Source: an uncultured Actinomycetes bacterium (GTDB lineage: Bacteria > Actinomycetota > Acidimicrobiia > Acidimicrobiales > CADCTF01). Taken from it: a stretch of DNA of 64,000 nucleotides. Shown here piece after piece: positions 33,229 to 43,242 of the stretch. The notes beneath the pieces are model-generated. The model did no database searches. It saw only the letters and a list, made by a program, of their open reading frames with translations, and was not told where the DNA came from. The first letter of the stretch is position 1, and each line of letters begins with the position of its first letter. The translations under genes were made by a program, and so were the position numbers. Where the stretch lies: positions 196,428-260,427 of the forward strand of contig CAVSUD010000009.1 in NCBI GenBank assembly GCA_963731055.1, in the 5' to 3' direction.

Positions 33229-33255
33229 TCAGTGACTACGTCGCGTAGTCACTGA
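33229..33255 (+). terminator. perfect 12-bp palindrome with 3-nt loop (terminator of the whiG unit or an operator)
   Basis: TCAGTGACTACG-TCG-CGTAGTCACTGA lies 12 nt after the stop at 33215-33217. No U-tail. Unusually AT-rich for this genome. Confidence 0.4.
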
Positions 33256-33277
33256 ACAGCGTACTGTGGCCCAATCC

Positions 33278-33306
33278 TTGCGGTGGGGCATTCCGGGCCG
33301 TATGGT
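33278..33306 (+). promoter_or_regulatory. candidate sigma-70-type promoter of the fibre gene
   Basis: TTGCGG (33278-33283), 17-nt spacer, TATGGT (33301-33306; TANNNT). RBS GGGAGG at 33335-33340 and ATG at 33349. Pattern match only. Confidence 0.3.
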
Positions 33307-33348
33307 CTATCTGGGCACGGGGTGTGCTCTGAGCGGGAGGCGCATCGC

Positions 33349-36300
33349 ATGACGTCGGCAGGCAAATGGGTTCTCGGACTCTTGATCCTGGTTTTAGGAG
33401 CGGTCTTCGTGGCAAGGACCGTGTCTTCGGAGCCCGGTTCCGAGGCGACGATCAAGCAGTTCCAGGCCGAGAGCGCAGCCAACAGCTCGAAGCTGACGGA
33501 TGAGGCCAAGGCCAAGGCCGCCGCCGATGCGGCCGCCAAGAAGCTGGCCGGCACCGTCGCCGGCGACGTGGCCTGCAAGAAGGCCTGCATCGAGGTCAAC
33601 GAGGTCGCCAACGACGCCGTGACCACGGCCAAGCTCGCCGCCGGCTCCGTCACCCTTTCCAAGCTCGCCTTCGAGGTGCCCAACCTCAACGAGCTCGAGA
33701 ACGAGATCAGCGCCCGCAAGGCCGCCGAGGCCGCCACGAAGTCCGCCCAGGCCGAGGCCGCCGCCTCCGGCGCGAAGAACGACGCCGCCATCACCGCGGC
33801 CTCCGCCAACGGCATCACCGCCGAGGCCGCCGCCCGCTCGGCCGCCGACGCCGACCTGACCCAGAAGGTCGCCGCCGCCGACGCCGACCTCCTCGGCAAG
33901 CTCAACAAGGAGTTGACGGATCGCGGCGCCGCCGACGATGTCCTCCAGGGCAAGCTCAACACCGAGATCGCCGACCGCGCCGGCGCCATCACCAACCTCC
34001 GCGGCGAGCTGGCCAACCCCAACCAGGTCGGCGCCCCGATCATCAAGATCAACAACAACGAGATCGTCGCCGACGCCGTCACGAGCGACAAGCTGCTCGA
34101 CGGCACGATCGTCACCGCCGACCTGGCGAACGTGTTGATCACGAACGAGAAGCTCGCCCCCGACTCGATCACCACCGACAAGATCAAGGACGGCGAGGTC
34201 AAGACCTCCGACATCGCCGACAGCAACGTCACGACCGGCAAGATCGCCGATCAGAACGTGACGACGGCGAAGATCGCCAACAGCAACGTGACCACGGGCA
34301 AGATCGCCGATCAGAACGTGACGACGGCGAAGATCGCCGACAGCAACGTGACCACGGGCAAGATCGCGGATCAGAACGTGACGACGGCGAAGATCGCCGA
34401 CAGCAACGTGATCACGGGCAAGATCGCCGATCAGAACGTGACGACGGCGAAGCTCGCCGACGGCAGCGTGACGACTGCGAAGCTCGCCGACGGCAGCGTG
34501 ACCACCGCCAAGATCGCGAACCAGAACGTCACGACCGCCAAGATCGCCGACCAGAACGTCACGACCGCCAAGATCGCCGACCAGAACGTGACGACGGCGA
34601 AGATCGCCGATAGCAACGTGACCACGGGCAAGATCGTGGATCAGAACGTGACGACGGCGAAGCTCGCCGACGCCAACGTGACGACGGTGAAGATCGCCGA
34701 CGGGAACGTCACGCTCGACAAGCTCGACGCCAACTCGGTCGACAGCTCCAAGATCATCAACGGCACCATCGCCACGGTCGACCTCGGTGATGGCGTGGTG
34801 ACCCTGGCCAAGCTGGCGCCCGCGTCGGTCGACGCCTCCAAGATCGTCGCCGGGTCGATCACGACCGCCAACCTCGGCGACGGCATCGTCACGCTGGCGA
34901 AGCTCGGCGCCAACAGCGTCGACACCACAAAGGTCGTCGACGAGTCGCTCACGACCGACGACATCAAGAACGGTGAAGTCAAGACGCTCGATCTGGCGAA
35001 CCTGAACGTGACGACGGCCAAGCTCGCCAACGGTAGCGCCACCCTCCTGAAGGTTGCAGCGAGCTCGGTCGACAGCGCCAGGATCGTGGACGGGTCCATC
35101 GCCACGGCGGACATCGATGACCTCCAGGTGACGCTCGGAAGCTCGGGCCGAATTCGGTGAACGCCTCGAAGATCGTCGATGGCAGCATCACCACCGCTGA
35201 CCTCGGCGATGCCCAGGTCACGAAGCTGAAGCTCGCCGGCGACTCGGTCGACTCCACGAAGATCGTGAACGGTTCGATCGGCACCGCCGACCTCGGCGAC
35301 GCGGAGATCACCTTCGAGAAGCTGGCCGGCGGCTCCGTCCGGGGCGGTGCCGACACCGGTCCGAACAACATTCAGGACGGCTCGATCACGGAGGACGATC
35401 TGTCTCCGACGGCGATCTCGAACAACCTTGGCGCCGGGTCATTGGACGGGGCGAAGCTCAAGAACGAGTCGGTCAAGGGCGACGGGGCCGGCAGCGGTCC
35501 CAAGGGCCAGATCGCGCTCGACACGATTGGCAGCGCCAACATTCTCGACGGCCAGGTCAAGAGCGCAGACCTCGACCACACCGCCGGCACGGAGGCGGTC
35601 GACTCCGGAGCGATCCGCAATGGGGCCGTCACCTCCGCCAAGATCCTCGACGGCACGATCACCGGCGCCGACATCGCCGGCACCACGATCACCGCTGACA
35701 ACCTGGCGGATGGTGCGGTCACGACGGCGAAGATCCTCGACGGCACCATCACCTCGGCGGATCTGCAGTCCACGACTGGCGGTCCCGGCGCCGTCGCCAC
35801 CGTCAACCTCCAGGACGACGCCGTAACGGCGCCGAAGATCGCCGCCGACGCCGTGGGCGCTTCGGAGATCGCCACCGGCGCCGTCACGACGGCCGAGATC
35901 GCGGACGGCACCATCAAGACCGAGGATCTCCTCGATGGGGCCGTGACGACCGACAAGCAGACGGCGAATGCCGCCTCGGCCTCGGTGCCCCCTGCGACCC
36001 TGGTGCTCAACAGCGGGACCCTGAGCGGGACACCCGCCACGGCGAGCCTCGTCCTCACGGCCGGCTCGCACAAGGTGCTCGTCACCGGGCAGACCGTGGC
36101 GACCTGCACCTGCCCGAACCCGGGGGATTCGGCCGTCATCATCTGGCGGGCGACGGACACCGACTCGGTGCCGGCGACGACGCAGGTCGGCCCGCTCTCG
36201 ACGATCACACTGACGAACGCCGCTCCGTCCGCCGTCCTTCCGGTCTCCGGCCTCGCCGTCCTCCCGTCGGCCACCGTCGGTGCGCACCAGTACAGCCTCG

Positions 36301-36380
36301 AGGTCACGGCCGCCTTCAACGGGGCAACCGCCGTCGACCTCGTCGGCTCCGGGATCACCGCCGTCGACCTCGGTCGCTAG
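33349..36380 (+). CDS. membrane-anchored decapeptide-repeat fibre-like surface protein, ~1010 aa (1 frameshift near 35137)
   Basis: ORFs 33283..35160 and 35157..36380 join if one A is restored in GGAAGCTC, which restores the repeat register (VTLGKLGPNSVNASKIVDG). Layout: N-terminal TM helix KWVLGLLILVLGAVFVA, an Ala/Glu/Lys-rich coiled-coil-like stalk, ~60 repeats of x-x-[VI]-T-[TS]-x-K-[IL]-x-D, and a ~135-aa non-repeat C-terminal domain. Confidence 0.75.
34063..35960 (+). repeat. in-frame 30-nt (decapeptide) repeat region, about 63 units
   Basis: Strict 10-residue period from IVADAVTSDKLLDG to LLDGAVTTDKQT. The core at 34215-34700 consists of near-identical 60-bp and 30-bp DNA units encoding DSNVTTGKIA/DQNVTTAKIA. 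Confidence 0.9.
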
Positions 36381-36448
36381 CGGCCCTGCCGCACCCAGCC
36401 TCACGATCGAGGGCGTCGGCGGGAGCCGGCGCCCTCGGCTCGTCCGGG

Positions 36449-36497
36449 GTTCTGGGCGCATTGCTGCACCCAGGGGGTGCACAAATGCGCCCAGAAC
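36449..36497 (+). terminator. long stem-loop downstream of the fibre gene (probable terminator)
   Basis: GTTCTGGGCGCATT-GC-TGCACCC-AGG-GGGTGCA-CA-AATGCGCCCAGAAC: 14 bp, a 2x2 internal loop, 7 bp and a 3-nt loop. Starts 69 nt after the stop at 36378-36380. No U-tail. Confidence 0.5.
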
Positions 36498-36608
36498 GGG
36501 AATGGCGCCGGCGGGCGTTGCTCCACCGACGTCCCGGCGCTACCTTCGTCACTGACGTACCCGCTCGCTTCCCCGTGAGCCGTTTCTCGTGTTGCTCCGG
36601 GGGCTGTC

Positions 36609-38235
36609 GTGCGTCGCTTCACCGTCGTTCTGGTCGTGCTCGTCGGGCTGTCGGCGGCGCCGGCCGGCGCAGTTGTCGCTCAGACGCGGAATCCGGTCAC
36701 GTATCGGCCGCCGGTCGATGCGCCGGTGGTCGACGGGTTCCGGCCGCCGGCGTCGGACTACGGCGCCGGCAACCGGGGGGTCGACTACGCCACCACGGAG
36801 GGGCAGGCGCTGACGGCGGCGGCCGCCGGCGAGGTCGTGTTCGCCGGGCCGGTCGGCACGGCGAGACACGTCGTCGTGCTGCACGACGACGGGGTCCGGA
36901 CGTCCTACAGCTTCCTGGCCACCACGGCGGTCCGCCGGGGTGACCACGTCGAGCAGGGGGACGTGGTCGGCACGGCGGCGGCGGGACGCGGCGCACTTCG
37001 GGGCGCGGGTCGGCGGCGTGTACGTCGACCCGCTCGTACTGCTCGGCCAACGCCCGGGCGGCGGTGGGCTCCGCGCGCGGCTGGTGCCGGATCCGGAACC
37101 GGACCGGCCGCTGAGCGAGGCGGTCGAGCGGCGCGGGCTGGTCGAGACGTTGCGAGATCTGGCCCGCACCAGCATCGGGTCGGGGGCGGCGTGGCTGCGG
37201 GACCGGGCGGTCGAAACCGCGGAGCGAAAGGTGGCCTTGGCCCGGGTGCTGGCCGACACCGCGATCGATCTGTCCGTGCCGCTCCCGGTGTACCTGGCCG
37301 CCGCGGCCCTGCGGTGGCAGGAGGAGCAGACCGACTGCACGCCGGAGGGCGCGCCCGTGGCGGCCCGAGCACCGCAACGTCGGATCGTGGTGCTGGTCGG
37401 CGGGCTCGGCTCCTCGACCGGCCGCACGGCGGTGCTCGACGTGGACATCGCCGCCCTGGGGTACGACCCCGCCGATGTCCACCAGTTCTCCTACACCGGA
37501 GCGGCGACGCCGTACGCACCTCGGGACACCCTGGGCGACATCGGCGCCAGCGGGGCCCGTCTCGCGGCGCAGATCGACGACCTGCAACGGGCCCACCCCG
37601 ACGCCGCGGTCGACGTGATAGCCCATTCCCAGGGCGGCCTCGTCGCCCGCAGCGCCATCACCGTCCACCATGCCGCGCCGGCGACGGTGGTGACGATGGC
37701 GACGCCCCATCACGGCGCCGACCTCGCCACGGCGGGGGTGGCCATCGACGGCTCCATGGCCGGCCACCTGCTCCTCGAGGTCGCCGGCGGCACCCTCGGC
37801 GAGCGCGGGATCGACCCGACCGCCACGTCGATCCGGCAGATGAGCGAGGGCAGCGACTTCCTCCGTCACCTGCCCGATCAGGGCTGGTCGTCCGACACCC
37901 GGGTGGTGTCGTTGGCCGCGCGGAACGACCCCGTCGTCCCGGCCCACCAGAGCCGTTTGGCGGGCGCCGACAACGTGGTGGTCACCACCAACGGGGGGAT
38001 CGGTGGCAACGACCACAAGCTGCTGCCCGGCTCGCCACCGACGACGACCGAGGTGGCCCGGGCCCTCGCCGGGCAGGCGCCGACCTGCCGGAGCCTGCCC
38101 GACACGTTGTTGGACGAGGTCGACAGCCGCCGCATCAGCGCGGTCCACGACACGCTCGGCGCGGCGTTGGCGGCGGGCGGCCTGTACGTGGACGCGCGAG
38201 CGCGGACCGCCGGCCTCGAAGCGATCCGGCGCTGA
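36609..38235 (+). CDS. secreted fusion: degenerate LytM (M23) domain plus alpha/beta-hydrolase (lipase/esterase-like) domain (1 frameshift near 36975)
   Basis: Signal peptide MRRFTVVLVVLVGLSAAPAGAVVA. M23 core NRGVDYATTEGQALTAAAAGEVVFAG..VVVLHDDGVRTSYSFL..GDHVEQGDVVG..AAHFGARVGGVYVDP (ORFs 36609.., 36940..). Then RIVVLVGGLGSS, nucleophile elbow VIAHSQGGLVARS, and TMATPHHGADLA. Confidence 0.7.
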
Positions 38236-38282
38236 TGCGCGATGAGGTGGACGCACGACCCGCCACTACGCTCGCTCCCCCG

Positions 38283-39981
38283 ATGGGTCGGACGAGGCGC
38301 TGGGGCGCCGCCCTCGGGGGGTTCCTCGTCGCGCTCGAGCGCGGCGACGGGTGGGCTCGCGGCCCCGGCCGCCGCCGCCGCCGCCGCCGCCGAACCCGAC
38401 GACCCGTGGCTCGTCCGGGAGGCGCGGTTCGAGCCCCTCGACGCCGCTCCGCTCGGCGTCGACGGCGTGGGCGAGTACCGGGGGAGCATCCGCATCACCC
38501 GCAGCGGCGCCGGGGTCGGTGTCGTCAACGCCCTGCCGCTCGACGACTACCTGCGGGGCATCAGCGAGGTGCCGTCGAACTGGCCCATCGAAGCGCAGAA
38601 GGCCCAGGCCATCGCCGCCCGCACGTACGCCCTCCACGAGGTGGGGCGAGAGGTCAACGCCGCGTACAAGCAGGCCGGTGCGGACATCTGCGCCACGGAC
38701 GCCTGCCAGGTGTACGCCGGCCTGGCCAAGGAGCGACGACCTGGCAGCGAGCGCTGGAGTGCTGCGGTCGAGTCGACGACGGGCCAGGTGCTCGTCTACC
38801 AGGGTGCCCCGATCGTCGCCAAGTACTCGAGCTCGAACGGGGGCCAGACCGTCGGCGGCGGGCAGCCGTACCTGCGGGCCACCCCCGATCCGGACGACGC
38901 GTACAGCCCCCTCCACCAGTGGCGATCGACGTTCCCCCTCGCCGACGTCGCCCGGGTCGTCGGCCTGGCCGCCGAGCCGACCGCGCTCCGGACGGAGGGT
39001 GACGTCATCGTCGCCACCTCCCTCGATCCCGACGGCAACCCGGTGGAGCAGCGCCTGCCGGCGACCGACTTCCGGAGTCGCATCAACTCGGCCCTGGTCG
39101 CCCCGGCGGGCCTGCCCGTGGCGCTGCCTTCCACGCGCTTCGCGGCCGTGGCCGTGGACGGGCTCGTCGTCATCGACGGACGCGGATGGGGCCACGGCAT
39201 CGGTCTCAGCCAGTACGGCGCCCTCGGCAAGGCCATCCGCGGACTGAAGGCGGCCGACATCCTGGCCGCCTACTACTCGGGTCTCCGCCCGGTCGCCGTC
39301 CCCGCCGACCAGCTCCCGCCCCAGGTCAGGGTGGCCGTGGCCCTCGATCGCGCCGAGGCTTGGGTGCACAGCGCCGGCGGTCGGTTCCGGGTCGTCGACG
39401 CCGACGGACGGGTCGTCGCCCACCGGGCGACCGGCGCGTGGCGGGCCACGCCGGCCCCGAACGGACGCATCCGACTCGTCCCTCCCACAGATGAGGCCGG
39501 CGCCCCGGGTGCCGCCCTCACGACGGCCGAGCCCGCGGCCGCCCACGTCCGCCAAGCCGTCGCCCTCCGCATCGAGCTGCAGGGTCCGGCCGCCCTCACC
39601 CGCATCACGCTCACCAACCCGGCGGGCGCCACGACCGAGCTCGACCCGTCCAAGCTGCGGGCGAGCGGTCCTCTCACCGTCCGCCTCGGTGCGGCCACGA
39701 CGTCGGAGCCGGGCCCGTATCGCGTCGACTTCGAACGTGACGCCGGCGCCGGCCGGGTCGTCACCGTCCCGGTTGTCATCGACGTGGCGCCGGCCGAGGC
39801 GAAGGCGCCGGCGGCGGTGGCGAACCCCGGCGGGACCGGCCGGGACCGCCCGGCGGCGCTCGTCACCGCGGGAACCGGTTCGGTCCGGGCCCTGCAGGGC
39901 CTGGCCACCGTGCTCCTGCTCGCCGTGGTTGCCGCCGGCGCCGCCTGGATGGGGCGAAGGCCGGGCATCGAACTACACTGA
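38283..39981 (+). CDS. SpoIID/LytB-domain protein with C-terminal membrane anchor (1 frameshift near 38335)
   Basis: [18 protein letters not shown] (frame of ORF 36609..) joins ORF 38242..39981. That ORF has [62 protein letters not shown] and [16 protein letters not shown]-terminal TM helix [18 protein letters not shown]. Confidence 0.8.
38368..38391 (+). repeat. (GCC)8 trinucleotide repeat encoding poly-Ala
   Basis: Eight perfect GCC units encode the Ala run in ..[16 protein letters not shown] just after the predicted signal peptide of the SpoIID-domain protein. Confidence 0.9.
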
Positions 39982-40036
39982 TCGACCGCCCCAGCAACCT
40001 CGCCGGGGCTCGACCACGCCCGTGCGCAGCCACGGT

Positions 40037-40057
40037 CGTCCCGCCGCCGGCGGGACG
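40037..40057 (+). terminator. GC-rich hairpin after the SpoIID-domain gene
   Basis: CGTCCCGCC-GCC-GGCGGGACG (9-bp stem), 56 nt after the stop and 46 nt before the rpsB ATG. No U-tail. Confidence 0.35.
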
Positions 40058-40102
40058 CGAGCGCACCGGGTCATCGCAACCAACCGCTGGAAAGGTTTCC
40101 CC

Positions 40103-41065
<963 letters not shown>

Positions 41066-41067
41066 CC

Positions 41068-41874
41068 ATGGCCGACTTCACCGCCCAGGACGTCAAGAAG
41101 CTCCGGGACCTCACCGGCGCCGGGATGATGGATGCCAAGAAGGCGCTCGTCGAGAACGACGGCGACTTCGATGCCGCCGGCAAGTGGCTGCGGGAGCAAG
41201 GCCTCGGGAAGGCTGCCGAGCGCACCGACCGCGAGAACACCCAGGGTGCGGTGGCCGTTGCTCGCGACGGCAATGCGGCCGCCCTCGTCCAGCTGAAGTG
41301 CGAGACCGACTTCGTGGCCAAGGCCCCCGACTTCGTCGCCCTCGTCAACGACCTCGCCGAGCTGGTCGCCGAGTCGGGCGAGGGCGCGGCCGCCGAGCGC
41401 CAGACCCAGATCGACGATCTCAAGCTCAGCCTCAAGGAGAACATCGAGCTCGGCCAGGTCGTCCGCTTCGAGGCGGCCGAGGGGTCGGTCATCGACGCCT
41501 ACAACCACATCCAGAACGGGCGCGGCGTCAACGGCGTGCTCGTCGAGGTCGCCGGCGGCAGCCAGGAGCTGGCCCACGACATCGCCGTCCACATCGCGTT
41601 CGCCAAGCCGGGCACGTTCGCAGCGCGAGGACGTGCCGGCCGAGGCGATCGAGGAGGAGCGGGCGACGCTGCTCAAGGAGACCCAGAACGAGGGCAAGCC
41701 CGAGGCGGCGTTGCCGAAGATCGTCGAGGGCAAGGTCGGCGGGTGGTTCAAGCGGGTTCCCGGCGGGTCGCTGCTCGAGCAGCCCTACGTCAAGGACGAC
41801 AAGCAGACCATCACACAGGTCCTCGGCGGCGGCCAAGGTCGACCCGGTTCGCCCAGGTCGTCATCGGCGGCTAG
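41068..41874 (+). CDS. tsf: elongation factor Ts (>=2 frameshifts as assembled)
   Basis: [61 protein letters not shown], then [39 protein letters not shown] (ORF 41633..), ending FAQVVIGG. Confidence 0.9.
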   Translation: MADFTAQDVKKLRDLTGAGMMDAKKALVENDGDFDAAGKWLREQGLGKAAERTDRENTQGAVAVARDGNAAALVQLKCETDFVAKAPDFVALVNDLAELVAESGEGAAAERQTQIDDLKLSLKENIELGQVVRFEAAEGSVIDAYNHIQNGRGVNGVLVEVAGGSQELAHDIAVHIAFAKPGTFAARGRAGRGDRGGAGDAAQGDPERGQARGGVAEDRRGQGRRVVQAGSRRVAARAALRQGRQADHHTGPRRRPRSTRFAQVVIGG

Positions 41875-41884
41875 ACAGCCGACC

Positions 41885-42629
<745 letters not shown>

Positions 42630-42630
<1 letters not shown>

Positions 42631-43212
42631 TGGACGACGACGACTCCCTCATCGGCGCCGTGTTCGAGCGACACCCGGGAGAAGATGGCCAAGGCCGTCG
42701 CCCACGCTCCAGCTCCGACTTCGCGTCCGTGCGCACCGGGCCGGGCCACGCCCGCCCTGGTCGAGAACCTCAGGGTCGAGTACTACGGCGCCGAGACCCC
42801 GCTGCAGCAGATCGCCGGCATCAACGTGCCCGAGGCCCGGCTGCTCGTCATCACGCCGTACGACAAGCGCTCGCTCAAGGCCATCGAGAAGGCGATCCAG
42901 AACTCCGATCTCGGCATCAACCCGTCCAACGACGGCACGGTCATCCGCCTCGTCGATCCCGCCGCTGACCGAGGAGCGCCGCAAGGAGTTCGTCAAGGTG
43001 GCCAAGGCCAAGGCCGAGGACGGCGCGGATCGCCATGCGCAACCTGCGCCGGGCCGCCCGCCACGAGCTCGACGGGTTCGAGAAGGACGGCGACGATCAC
43101 CAGCGACGAGCTCGAGCGGGCCGAGAAGGACCTCGACAAGGTCACCCAGGACTCGGTGGCCGAGATCGACCGGCTGTTGCAGCACAAGGAGCAGGAGCTG
43201 CTCGAGGTTTGA
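42630..43212 (+). CDS. frr: ribosome recycling factor (>=3 frameshifts as assembled)
   Basis: [125 protein letters not shown]. Confidence 0.9.
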
Positions 43213-43242
43213 GGCAGCCTTCCCGCGAGGGGGACCGCACCG

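Noticed and set aside
33255-33348. A WhiG/FliA (sigma-28) promoter in front of the fibre gene.
   Set aside because: The closest -10-like match is GCCGTATG (consensus GCCGATAA). It has no TAAA-like -35 at 15-16 nt, so the match is too weak to claim.
34201-34720. Regular 30/60-nt periodicity that might suggest a CRISPR array.
   Set aside because: The units are contiguous with no unique spacers. They are in frame within a long ORF and encode a decapeptide repeat. No cas genes or leader are present.
33349-36380. Lower GC of the fibre gene as evidence of recent horizontal transfer.
   Set aside because: Third codon positions remain overwhelmingly G/C (for example GAC AGC AAC GTC ACG ACC GGC AAG ATC GCC). 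The lower GC comes from the Lys/Asn/Ile/Thr/Asp-rich composition, so codon usage looks native.
35960-36380. The fibre's C-terminal domain as a diversity-generating retroelement (DGR) variable region.
   Set aside because: There is no reverse transcriptase, template repeat or second copy of this segment anywhere in the window.
36381-36608. A c-di-AMP (ydaO-type) or other riboswitch upstream of the cell-wall hydrolase gene.
   Set aside because: I could not recognise the conserved ydaO core motifs. The only strong structure is the simple hairpin at 36449-36497, which fits better as the fibre-gene terminator.
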